Part shown: in pieces, positions 36,801 to 45,062 of the stretch
Numbering within the stretch: the first letter of the stretch is position 1
How the letters are laid out: each line of letters starts with the position of its first letter
DNA from: an uncultured Halobacteriales archaeon
GTDB lineage: Archaea > Thermoplasmatota > E2 > JACPAO01
NCBI GenBank assembly: GCA_964408365.1
Contig: CAYOZB010000001.1
Span: 2,157 to 66,156 of the forward strand
DNA: 64,000 nt
Direction of reading: 5' to 3'
The notes under the pieces: generated by a model
Told to the model about the DNA's origin: nothing
What the model saw: the letters and a program-made list of their open reading frames with translations, nothing else
Databases searched by the model: none
Made by a program: the position numbers and the translations under genes

Positions 36801-37959
36801 CCGCGGCGACGAACATCGCCGTCGACGGGGTGGGCTTCGGGCCCAGTGTCGTGGGCGTGGGGCGAGGCGTCGGCTTCGAGCTGCGGTCCTTCCATCCGAG
36901 GCTCGGGGTCTCGACCAACACGTAGAGGAGCCACGTCGCGAGCATGACCGGGGCGGCCAGGATCAGTTGGAACATGACGAACCCGTGGTCGAGCGTCCAC
37001 GGCATCTTCGAGGCGATGAACGTCATGACGGGGAAGTGCATGAGGTAGAGGCTGTAGCTGCGTTCTCCGAGAGCGTCCGTGAACCGGTTGCCGAGCGCGC
37101 GGCTGACGACGCGTTCCGGGTTTGCGGCGAGGAAGATGGCCAATGCGAAACCGATTGCGGGGCCGGCGCGAACGATAAAAGTGCTGGGCAAGGGGGCCAG
37201 GGCGCTCCACAGGCCCGGTGGCGGTGCGGCCAAGAGCAGCGGCGCGACGATAAGGATGGGTACGGAGGCCCAAAGCCAGGGACGGGCGGATTTACTGATG
37301 GTGTAGTTGCCGACGTATAGCCGCGCGGCCGTGATGCCGAGGGCGAAGTGGAACAGGTAGCCGGGCAGTTGGCTGAGCGCCCAGAAGTTGTCCGCGCCGG
37401 GGTTGTTCATGTCGATGGTCAACACGTTCCAGGTCATCGAGACCGCGTAGGCGGCGGCGAGTCCGACGATGGGGTGGGTCCGCAAGAGGAACCAGAGAAG
37501 GACCGGCAGGACGACGTAGAATTGGAACTCGACCGCGAGGGACCAGTAGACGGGGTTGATGGTCCACACGAGACCATCGACGAAGTTGTGCGCGTAGGCA
37601 CCGTGAAGCATGAGGCTGGTGGGGCGGGTCCATAGGTAGTTCATGGTGCCGGCCGCGAACAGGGCGAAGAGGAGCGACGCGTAGTAGGGAGGCGCGATGC
37701 GGATCAAGCGTCGGCGCAGGTAATTGGCCCAATACCCGAAGCTTTGTCCCTCGTTCTTGCGCAGCAACGGGGAAGCGAGAAGGAAGGCGCTCAGCACGAA
37801 GAACAGGTCGACGCCGATCCAGCCGTATCGGTAGACCCCGTCCACTCCAGCGAAAACGCTGTGCTTGGCGACGTACAGCTGCCACGCGTGGTAGACAGCG
37901 ACGTAAAGCGCGGCTAGGCCACGCATGCCTGTCAGCGCCGGCAGTCGCCCCACGAACAT
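36784..37959 (-). CDS. Acyltransferase family 3 (OatA-like O-acetyltransferase) membrane protein
   Basis: GMRGLAALYVAVYHA ... GVDLFFVLSAFLL, the characteristic acyl_transf_3 N-terminal motifs; about 10 TM. A TATA-like TTAAAT lies about 22 nt upstream of the ATG. Confidence 0.7.
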   Translation of the reverse strand: MFVGRLPALTGMRGLAALYVAVYHAWQLYVAKHSVFAGVDGVYRYGWIGVDLFFVLSAFLLASPLLRKNEGQSFGYWANYLRRRLIRIAPPYYASLLFALFAAGTMNYLWTRPTSLMLHGAYAHNFVDGLVWTINPVYWSLAVEFQFYVVLPVLLWFLLRTHPIVGLAAAYAVSMTWNVLTIDMNNPGADNFWALSQLPGYLFHFALGITAARLYVGNYTISKSARPWLWASVPILIVAPLLLAAPPPGLWSALAPLPSTFIVRAGPAIGFALAIFLAANPERVVSRALGNRFTDALGERSYSLYLMHFPVMTFIASKMPWTLDHGFVMFQLILAAPVMLATWLLYVLVETPSLGWKDRSSKPTPRPTPTTLGPKPTPSTAMFVAAVTPKQ

Positions 37960-38108
37960 TTCGTTGCAGGGTCAATGATTTAAGAGGTGTGGTGAGGCCG
38001 TGGTTACTTCGCATTCACATCTTTAGCGTGGCACGGCCAATCGGCCCCGCGTCGGCGGGAACCACGGTCTCGACGCGATGACGGTTTCTCCCAAACGACA
38101 ACCGTCGC

Positions 38109-38118
38109 TATATAAGGC
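38109..38118 (+). promoter_or_regulatory. TATA-box-like element (CTATATAAGG) about 30 nt upstream of the ATG at 38148
   Basis: AT-rich hexamer in an otherwise GC-rich context at the canonical archaeal distance for a near-leaderless transcript. Confidence 0.35.
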
Positions 38119-38147
38119 GCCCGGGCACATCGAAGACTCGGACGAGC

Positions 38148-38996
38148 ATGACCAAGATAGTCCTTGACGCGGAGGCCTTCAAAGCCTTGGCAAGCGACAC
38201 GCGCCTCCAGATCCTCAAGGCGCTCGACGCTCGACCCCTGACGGTCTCGGAACTGTCCCGGCTCCTGAACCTCAACAAAGCGACCGTCTTCGAGCACCTC
38301 AAGCAACTCATGGCCGCCGACTTGGCCAAGCGCGAGGACGACCCGGCCCGCAAATGGGTCTACTACCACCTCACGTGGAAAGGCAAGAACATCCTCCATC
38401 CCGAGAACGCACAGATCTTCCTGATGCTCGGCATGGCCGCCTTGGGCCTGGGCGGCGCCGTGCTCCAGACCGCCTACCTCGCCCAACTTTGGCTCCAAGG
38501 GAACAACTCGCTCTCATCCCCCTCGTCTGGGCCGTCGGCGGACCTCGTTTCGGACATGTCCGAAAGCCGGCTCGTCGAGGATTCCAACGACAACGCGGCG
38601 CAGCACGAACCGCAAGCCGCCCAAGGTTCCAGTACCGCCGATCCGGCTCCCGCCGGAGCCCCCGCATCCTCCACGTCCGCCTCGGGCGCCGGGGGCCAAG
38701 CAGACAAAGCGGGTGGCGGCGGCAACGAGGACACGGTCGCCGAAGCCGACGTGATCCCCGTCAACGCCGACGAATCCGCCATGGCCGACACGGCGGGTCC
38801 GGCCTGGTGGGAACCCTTGACGAGCAACTACTTCCTCACCCTGATGGGGGTCCTCGTGTTCTTGGGACTCCTCACGCTCATCATCTGGACCCTGTACGGC
38901 AGCCAACGCAACGAGCGCCTCGCGATGCGCACGAAGATCGGAACGTTGCCCTTGGACGTCAACCGCGAAGAGGCCGCCCTCGGCCAGCCGGCGTAG
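38148..38996 (+). CDS. Membrane-tethered ArsR-family winged-helix regulator (wHTH - TM - acidic Ser/Ala-rich extracytoplasmic linker - TM)
   Basis: LASDTRLQILKALDARPLTVSELSRLLNLNKATVFEHLKQL is a textbook ArsR HTH. Two hydrophobic helices (IFLMLGMAALGLGGAVL; FLTLMGVLVFLGLLTLIIWTLY) flank a low-complexity segment. Confidence 0.55.
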   Translation: MTKIVLDAEAFKALASDTRLQILKALDARPLTVSELSRLLNLNKATVFEHLKQLMAADLAKREDDPARKWVYYHLTWKGKNILHPENAQIFLMLGMAALGLGGAVLQTAYLAQLWLQGNNSLSSPSSGPSADLVSDMSESRLVEDSNDNAAQHEPQAAQGSSTADPAPAGAPASSTSASGAGGQADKAGGGGNEDTVAEADVIPVNADESAMADTAGPAWWEPLTSNYFLTLMGVLVFLGLLTLIIWTLYGSQRNERLAMRTKIGTLPLDVNREEAALGQPA

Positions 38997-39066
38997 CTAT
39001 AGCCAGGGAAGGAATGAATCGCGAGGCTCAGGTTTTTGCGAACAAAGGGGTGACCGTTCGCGGGCG

Positions 39067-39939
39067 CTAGGGTTCGAATGCTGCGGCTTGTTTGAGAACC
39101 TCGGCGCGCATTTTCTGCGGGCGGGCGTCCTTCGCCAAGCGCTTCTCCAGGTCCGTGAGGTTGTTCAGGAAGGAGAACCGTTTGGCTGCTTTGGCGCATT
39201 CGGGGTTCCAGTCCTTTTGCTGGTTCTTGCCGAGCAGGCGGTTGAGGTTCTTCCAATCCTTCAGCCCGGTGCCTAGTTTTTTGAGAATCAAGGGTGGATC
39301 CAACGACTGGCGGACGCTCCAGAGTTTGGCGGCGGCGAGGAACCGGGCCGGGTCGGCCTTGAAGGGCAGGGAAGCGTATTGGATGACATCGTAGTAGTCG
39401 CGATCGCTTGTCCGTTGCTGGAGGGCTCGGAGCTTTTCCGAAATGGCCTCCACCATCGGAAGGCTTGGCACGTCAACCGGTGTGAAAGGCAGCGATGGGA
39501 AGTAGGATTGTGGGATCTGGGGGGTGGGCCGGGGGTTGAGGAAGGGGGCTTCCCTGTAACTGACGTCGATCGAGAAGTGGTCTTCCGCGTGCTCGTGTGT
39601 GTAGTGAACGTCGCAAGCCCAACTGCCTTCGTCCGTCGTGTGGGCGTTGTCGATCGTAAACGTGATCCCGTCGAACGGCTGCGCAAACGCTTTTCGAAAC
39701 AAGGCCTCGGGATCTTTTTGGATCCCGTTCTGAGTGAAATCGAGGTCTTCGCTGATCCGGCCGAGTCCACCCACAATCATTTTCCGAAGGTACGTTCCGC
39801 CTTTGAACACCAAGAGACGCAGCAATCCGTGCTGGTGTAAGCGCTGAAGGGCATAGGTCAGGACGACGTCTTGTTGGGCGACCTCGACGTCTGTCTGGGC
39901 CTGGTCGGCAAACTTGTTGAGAACCGGGTACGGAATCAA
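39067..39939 (-). CDS. abiEii: AbiEii-family nucleotidyltransferase toxin (DUF1814)
   Basis: VFKGGTYLRK ... GRISEDLDFT (GG-x-A/Y-L and R-x-S-E-D-x-D-F motifs of the AbiEii/AbiGii NTase). Overlaps the upstream gene by 4 nt. Confidence 0.7.
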   Translation of the reverse strand: MIPYPVLNKFADQAQTDVEVAQQDVVLTYALQRLHQHGLLRLLVFKGGTYLRKMIVGGLGRISEDLDFTQNGIQKDPEALFRKAFAQPFDGITFTIDNAHTTDEGSWACDVHYTHEHAEDHFSIDVSYREAPFLNPRPTPQIPQSYFPSLPFTPVDVPSLPMVEAISEKLRALQQRTSDRDYYDVIQYASLPFKADPARFLAAAKLWSVRQSLDPPLILKKLGTGLKDWKNLNRLLGKNQQKDWNPECAKAAKRFSFLNNLTDLEKRLAKDARPQKMRAEVLKQAAAFEP

Positions 39940-40754
39940 CCAATACTCACTTCGCTGAGGATTTCACCCATCGGTTGATTCACTTGCACGTGCCACTGCG
40001 AATCCGTCGGGCCGCCTCGTGGCGAGGAAGGATCAATCTGGACGTAGCCTGCGCCGACACAAGCCGCCAACGTCTTCCGGGCGTTGGTCGGGATGGCAAT
40101 GTCCTTTCTCACGTGATCCAGGAGCCAACCCAAGCGTTGCACCGTACTGTGGCGTCCGAAATGAGTCGCGGCATCCGCTAAACGCTTCCAATTCATTCGG
40201 GGCTTTGCCGCTGCGACGATCTGCGCGGAATTGGAAACGCCTCCCACCAGGTCGGGGCGGTCGACGCATTCCAGGACCGTCGTTTCTTGGTTTGAAAGCC
40301 GAATCTCGACTCCTCGGCGTTCCTGCGTTTCCGCATCCTGGCCCTTGCGTGGCGAAATCACGAACCTGATCTGGACTGGCAAATCCTTGGGGACGCGTTT
40401 GCGCTTCGGGGTCGTGATCACGTACTCTTGGAAACGTTGCTTTAGCAGTCCATGGAGGTTTGCCGCCGTGGAATGGCTGAAGAAGTATGGGTGAACGAGG
40501 CTGCTTCCAATTCGAAACGGGTCGCGATCCGGAATCGCGTCGGGGCCATTCACGCTTGGGTTGACGAGGTACCGGCCCCGGCCGACTCGTTGCAACCAAT
40601 GTTTTTCGTTCAGCCTGTGGGCAAGCTTTCGTGCATGGGTCCGGCTGGCCGAAGTCCAAAGCTGAATCTGATCCAACGTCACCTCGCGCTGGGCCTCTGA
40701 CTCCGCCGTCAGAATGACCTGGGATTCCAAGGGCGACAGACTACGCACACTCAT
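39936..40754 (-). CDS. abiEi: AbiEi-family antitoxin / transcriptional regulator
   Basis: N-terminal wHTH with WLQRVGRGRYLV (the G-R-G-R-Y motif of AbiEi), plus a C-terminal domain. Forms an operon with abiEii. Confidence 0.7.
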   Translation of the reverse strand: MSVRSLSPLESQVILTAESEAQREVTLDQIQLWTSASRTHARKLAHRLNEKHWLQRVGRGRYLVNPSVNGPDAIPDRDPFRIGSSLVHPYFFSHSTAANLHGLLKQRFQEYVITTPKRKRVPKDLPVQIRFVISPRKGQDAETQERRGVEIRLSNQETTVLECVDRPDLVGGVSNSAQIVAAAKPRMNWKRLADAATHFGRHSTVQRLGWLLDHVRKDIAIPTNARKTLAACVGAGYVQIDPSSPRGGPTDSQWHVQVNQPMGEILSEVSIG

Positions 40755-40780
40755 TGGGCGGTTTATCCAACGAGGGCCCT

Positions 40781-40870
40781 CTTATAATCTTTGTAACTAT
40801 AATTACTCAATTAGTAATTTATGGGATATCGTCCGATGTAACTAAAATTACTGAATCTATAATTTTAGGG
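40781..40870. promoter_or_regulatory. About 75% AT island upstream of abiEi with two 19-nt direct repeats (GTAACTAWAATTACTSAAT at about 40793-40811 and 40838-40856) and an inverted repeat AATTACT-N5-AGTAATT (about 40801-40819)
   Basis: Seen directly in the sequence. AbiEi antitoxins are known to autoregulate by binding repeats in their own promoter. Confidence 0.35.
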
Positions 40871-40925
40871 ATTGGGAAAAATGCGCCCTTTTGCGGACCA
40901 GCTGGGACGGCCCAAACCTACCCAC

Positions 40926-42215
40926 CTAGGCCGGGTTTTTCCGCGCCACGATTGGCAACGCCCGCACGACGTCGACTTCCATCTGTGCCGCATCGGTCTC
41001 CTCGATCCGGAGTTGCTTGGCGAACGCGTCGAGCATCCGACGTTCCTTGATCGTGATCCGACCGTCGGACCAGGCTTCTGCCAACGCGTCACGGTACACG
41101 TCCCGCTTCCGTCCGCCTTCGTAGGAACGTGTTCGCTCCACGGTCGGCAGCAACCGTCCAGCGAACCGTTCCGCCCAGCGTTGCAACGGGTTGAGCGCGA
41201 ACAAGAGAAGGCCGCACGCGATGCCTCCGATGAGGTAGTCTTGGCCGAATTCGTCCTCGAAGAACGCTTCCACCACCTGTGACACGAGGATGAAGACGAA
41301 CGTGAACGAGGCGACGACTTCCCCCCGCGACACGGTGACTTTCAGTCGCAGGTCGATGTCAAACAGGCGGGCGCGGGCGAGGGCATAGGTGAGGACGATG
41401 CCGAAAACGAGGGCGTTGACGGCCGGGAAGTCGACGCGAAAGACGTCGAGCACGCGCGCCAGAAACACCAATCCAAGCAAGGCTCCTACGAAGGTCGACT
41501 TGCCGACGCCGCTTTGTTGTTGTCGGGACGCTGCGCGGATCGCCAACACGGCGAGGAACAAGGCGGCCACTCGTGCGGCCAAGTACAGGGTTTCGACGAT
41601 GGCGTCGGCGACCGCGGAAGCGGATCCGACGTCGGTGAGGTAGTCGATGAGGTTCGCCCAATACGATGGGGAGAGCATCGTGACGGCCTGGCTCAACGGA
41701 TAGACGAGGAACGCCGTCGCGACGAGGATCATGCTCCACGCGCGGGGATCGCGGGGTTGTCGCAACGGGGTTTGGAGGGAACGGAACGCTCCCCACGCCA
41801 GGAGTGGCGTCCACGCGACGGAGATGAGTGTGAACATGGGGCTCTCGGCAGCGCTGCGGTCGCCTGCGTACCACACGCTGAGCGCGCCCGCCCCGACCAG
41901 ACAGGCCCAGCCGATCCAGTTCGCGCGACGAGCACGTTTCGGGTAAAGGCAGAGGAACCAGACCAACGCTGCGGACGCCCAAACGGCAAGATGCGTGTAC
42001 AAGCGCAGGTAATAATCGTCCCGGGGCGGGAGCGTGGAGAAGAGCAATCCCTCGACGAGGTCCCAGATCGCGTTGAGGGTCACAAGGATGGCGAAGCTGC
42101 GGTGCCGCGCGTTGCCGGGCGCCAGCGAGAAGACCCACACGGCCGCGGCGAGTTGGAGCAGGGCGCCCACGGCGTAGGTGAGCACCTGTGGGTCCGTGAA
42201 CTCGGGAGGAACCAC
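40926..42215 (-). CDS. Polytopic membrane protein, paralog of the sensor domain of the Ser/Thr kinase at 45868..47790 (no kinase domain)
   Basis: Shares ...RLFDIDLRLKVTV... (vs kinase ...QLFDFDLKLKAAV...) and a C-terminal ...RDVYRDALAEAWSDGRITIKERRMLDAFAKQL... (vs ...VEVYREALRDALGPDGKMDSKQSSALREFRNSL...). About 8 TM. Confidence 0.45.
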   Translation of the reverse strand: MVPPEFTDPQVLTYAVGALLQLAAAVWVFSLAPGNARHRSFAILVTLNAIWDLVEGLLFSTLPPRDDYYLRLYTHLAVWASAALVWFLCLYPKRARRANWIGWACLVGAGALSVWYAGDRSAAESPMFTLISVAWTPLLAWGAFRSLQTPLRQPRDPRAWSMILVATAFLVYPLSQAVTMLSPSYWANLIDYLTDVGSASAVADAIVETLYLAARVAALFLAVLAIRAASRQQQSGVGKSTFVGALLGLVFLARVLDVFRVDFPAVNALVFGIVLTYALARARLFDIDLRLKVTVSRGEVVASFTFVFILVSQVVEAFFEDEFGQDYLIGGIACGLLLFALNPLQRWAERFAGRLLPTVERTRSYEGGRKRDVYRDALAEAWSDGRITIKERRMLDAFAKQLRIEETDAAQMEVDVVRALPIVARKNPA

Positions 42216-42683
42216 CTATGCCACCGACCCGAGAAGCATCGTGGCCTACGCCGGGTGCCGCCATTTAACGTGTCGGTCGCGGGCGTTCGCGACGAACCGA
42301 CTTCACCGACGATGAAAAAGAGTCCCTTAGGGGCACGCGAGGAGAGGGGGAATGCACGTCGTGCCCCTAGGACCAGGTTCATCGGCAAACGCATCGAGCG
42401 GGCGCTCGCAACCAAGGGGGAGCGGAAGCTGTCCTCGGTTGCGAAGCGCTCGTCGAGCATCATCCACGAAGCGACCGAGCTCGGCAGCGCCGCGTGGGCG
42501 GCGCGCCCGCAGTTGCGTCGCAACGTACGCGACCACGGGGTCGGAGTCGTTCCGGGTTCCTCGCGTCGGCAAGATCGCCGTTCGGAGGGCGCCGATCGTT
42601 CGCATCATGGGTAAACCAGACCGAGAGCAGATGGAGTATATCGCGCCGCGGAGGGGGTGGGTGAAAGTGGCCGAAAGTGGGGG

Positions 42684-43020
42684 TCAGCCGATGCGGTTCA
42701 TCGCGACGAAAATGAGGATCGTGAACGCCAGGGTCAGCACCAGGAACAGGATTCCTGCCGGGGTCTTCGGAAGTCGCAGGCGTCGTCGCAGGAACCAGAT
42801 GAGCGGCAAAACGAGCCACGCGACGAGGAATCCGATGAGGAGACGGATCAGGATGAAGAACCACACGTCGGCGGCCGCAGAGGAGTCCACGCCAAGGTAG
42901 GCGAGGAAAAGCAAGCTGGCGAGCCCGATGAGGAAGAACAATGCGAGGCTCCGTTTCCTGCGCCGTAGGGCGTCGTACTCGACGAGGTTGTGGAGGTAAC
43001 GTCGGAAACGTCCAGCCAAG
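42684..43020 (-). CDS. Possible small 3-TM membrane protein (TTG start)
   Basis: The track ORF 42684..43301 cannot be real upstream of about 43020 because it runs through the tRNA. The hydrophobic C-terminal 112 aa (ALFFLIGLASLLFLAYLG...FFILIRLLIGFLVAWLVLPLIWF...ILFLVLTLAFTILIFVAM) has no internal ATG, so a TTG start is assumed. Confidence 0.2.
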
Positions 43021-43074
43021 GTCGTTCCGGCAAATGCCCGCGCCGCGTAAGGGTTCGCCTTGGAGTTGGAAAGG

Positions 43075-43163
43075 CGTGGGGGCGGGATTCGAACCCGCGA
43101 GGACCGCCTTCGGGATCCATTGGTCCTCAGCCAATCGCCTTTTCCAGGCTGGGCTACCCCCAC
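43075..43163 (-). tRNA. tRNA-Leu (anticodon GAG), type II with long variable arm; no encoded CCA; possible 1-nt defect at the T-stem/acceptor junction
   Basis: Reverse complement reads GTGGGGG-TA-GCC(C)-AGCCTGGAAAA-GGC-G-ATTGG-CTGAGGA-CCAAT-[20-nt variable arm]-GCGGG-TTCGAAT-CCCG-CCCCCAC-G. Anticodon loop CTGAGGA gives GAG. The 3-bp D-stem and long variable arm are Leu-like. One C fewer than tRNA-2 between T-stem and acceptor. Confidence 0.6.
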
Positions 43164-43215
43164 GTTCCGAACGATTTTCTTGCCCCACCACCATGTACTC
43201 GTTGGACTCCTGTCC

Positions 43216-43286
43216 GACTGTGTCCAGCCCTCAGCAGCTGGGCCAGCTCGGGGGTCTTCGGACCCCCGAAGCCTTTCCTTTTTTGG
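43216..43286. repeat. Copy 1 of a ~70-nt repeat: ...GACTGTGTCCAGCCCTCAGCAGCTGGGCCAGCTCGGGGGTCTTCGGACCCCCGAAGCCTTTCCTTTTTTGG (7-bp GC hairpin with UUCG loop followed by a T-tract on the plus strand)
   Basis: Near-identical copies at 49905-49972 and 50139-50210. Each lies about 45-55 nt 5' (in the minus-strand sense) of a tRNA-Leu-like sequence. Confidence 0.5.
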
Positions 43287-43384
43287 AAACCATGTTTGCA
43301 TGACCTCTGGCCGGGGTGGACAGGCGACGACAGCGGCGTCAGTCAGTTGGCTGGACGCCCTTATGCATGGCCGCGTCCGGTGGG

Positions 43385-45049
43385 ATGGCTATGAACCAAC
43401 TCGTTCGCGGCCCTGGAATGCTCTTTGTCATGCTGATCCTCGCAGGCTGTGCCGGCGCGGGGTCGAACCCTTCGCAGACCGTCGCTCCGGCCGTCTTGGG
43501 GCCCGGCGACGCCCCCGGCCCAGCCCAGACCGCCCAGGCACCGGTCACGGGTCCCTTGCTCACGGTCCCCGTGTCGGGCACATTCACGAGCGACGGCTTC
43601 ATGCCGCCGGACCAGGTGATCTGCTTCGACCCCTCGAACCCTATCGCCCCTCGCCCGGGCGCTTGTGAAGCGTACTTCACGATGTTCCTCAACATGAGTG
43701 GCACCCTCACAGGCCGGATCACCGACATCTTCCACTTCCACGCGCTCGAGAACGGATCGATCGACGCGGAGGGCACACGCGTGTTCACGGGCGCCGTGGA
43801 CAGGTGCGGATCCGGCACCATGTCCCTGCGCCTGGACGGCATCGCTCCGGCGGATCCGAACCCGGAAATGCCCGGGTACACCCACATCAAGGAACCCATG
43901 CAGACGCTCTTGCAAGGATCCACGACGACGGGCCTTGCGGGCGTCATCGACGCGCGGATCCGGTTCGAGTTCAACACGACGAACGGGCCCGGCGGGGTCT
44001 CAAGCATCCCGGACGGCACCGTGACGGGATGGATCCAGTGCCGATCGGCCGGAGACGCCCAAACGTTGTCCAGCCACGACAAGACAACAGCAATCGCGAT
44101 CGCCGGACATTTCACGATGGACGGCGCACAGACGGAAAGCCAAGCCGCCTGCGACGTCGAGACACGGCGTTGCGAGCTCTACCCGGACCTGTTCCTCGAC
44201 CTCACGGGACCGATCGAGGGCCGCATGGTCGACCATGGGCACTTCCACTACCACGACGGGTCGACCGACGGGTCCGTCGACGGATACGGTGAACGCATCT
44301 TCACCGGCACCATCGCCGGTTGCGGTTCGGGTACCCTCACGCTCCTCGTCGACGGCGCGGCCCCGCCCCAGCCCAACCCGCCCAACGCGTTCCGATACCA
44401 CGAGCCATCGATGAAACTCGTCCCGGGGTCAACGACGACCGGACTTTCGGGCGTGATGGACGCCGACCTCGTGTTGGAATGGAACATCACGGTCCAAGGC
44501 ACCATCCGCGACGGCACGGTCACCGGAACGGTCTGGTGCAAGGAGTCCCACGGGAAAGGGACCATCGACCGAGACGAGGGAGCACGCGCGCAGTCGGTCA
44601 CGATGCGGACGATCACCCCCGGCATCCTCCTTCCCAAGGAAGGGAACTGCGCGGTCGATCCTGCCAAGCCCGATGAGTGCGACGTCTACGCGAGCCAATT
44701 CCTCTTCGCAGATGCGCCCTGGGACGCGCTGATCATCGACAACGCCCACCTTCACACCCACCGGAACGGATCGGTGTGGGCGACCGCGGAGCGGCCCTTC
44801 TTCGGCGAAGTGCCTGGGTGCGGCTCCGGCATGATGACGTTCCGCCTCGGCGGCTGGCTCGGCAGCGTGGACCCCGTCCTGGACCAGCCAGGCTACTTCC
44901 ACCTTCGCGAGCCCGCCATGCGGCTCGTCCCGGGATCGACGTCGACCGGCCTTGCGGGCCTCGTCGACGCCGAACTCACCGGCGACTTCGTCTTCACCGG
45001 CCCCGGCGCCGGCACCGACACGTTCACGGGCACCGTCTGGTGCCGTTGA
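43385..45049 (+). CDS. Secreted lipoprotein composed of tandem ~130-aa repeats of an unrecognised domain (H-x-H ... CGSG ... GSTTTGL)
   Basis: MAMNQLVRGPGMLFVMLILAGCAG (L-A-G-C lipobox). Three to four repeats such as FHFHALENGS...RCGSGTMSL...GSTTTGLAGVIDA; HFHYHDGS...GCGSGTLTL...GSTTTGLSGVMDA; HLHTHRNGS...GCGSGMMTF...GSTSTGLAGLVDA. Confidence 0.55.
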   Translation: MAMNQLVRGPGMLFVMLILAGCAGAGSNPSQTVAPAVLGPGDAPGPAQTAQAPVTGPLLTVPVSGTFTSDGFMPPDQVICFDPSNPIAPRPGACEAYFTMFLNMSGTLTGRITDIFHFHALENGSIDAEGTRVFTGAVDRCGSGTMSLRLDGIAPADPNPEMPGYTHIKEPMQTLLQGSTTTGLAGVIDARIRFEFNTTNGPGGVSSIPDGTVTGWIQCRSAGDAQTLSSHDKTTAIAIAGHFTMDGAQTESQAACDVETRRCELYPDLFLDLTGPIEGRMVDHGHFHYHDGSTDGSVDGYGERIFTGTIAGCGSGTLTLLVDGAAPPQPNPPNAFRYHEPSMKLVPGSTTTGLSGVMDADLVLEWNITVQGTIRDGTVTGTVWCKESHGKGTIDRDEGARAQSVTMRTITPGILLPKEGNCAVDPAKPDECDVYASQFLFADAPWDALIIDNAHLHTHRNGSVWATAERPFFGEVPGCGSGMMTFRLGGWLGSVDPVLDQPGYFHLREPAMRLVPGSTSTGLAGLVDAELTGDFVFTGPGAGTDTFTGTVWCR

Positions 45050-45062
45050 GGAGCTTCTGTCC

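Noticed and set aside
41359-42614. 301-aa minus and 366-aa plus ORFs
   Set aside because: Overlap the membrane sensor paralog in other frames or in antisense; Arg-rich.
43100-43135. Possible archaeal bulge-helix-bulge intron in the tRNAs (helix GAGGACC/GGTCCTC spanning anticodon loop and variable region)
   Set aside because: Both tRNAs fold as complete type-II (Leu) tRNAs of normal length (88-89 nt) without removing anything. The complementary stretch is explained by the variable-arm stem, and no 3-nt bulges at canonical positions were evident.
43216-43286. The 70-nt repeat as a split or permuted tRNA half or a C/D-box sRNA
   Set aside because: No T-arm-like 5-bp stem / 7-nt loop, no C (RUGAUGA) box; only a CUGA. 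Hairpin + T-tract fits a terminator or repeat element better.
42352-43301. 182-aa plus, 244-aa and 205-aa minus ORFs across the tRNA region
   Set aside because: Arg/Pro-rich, and they run straight through tRNA-Leu copy 1. Only the hydrophobic C-terminal third of the 205-aa frame is kept as a low-confidence small membrane gene.
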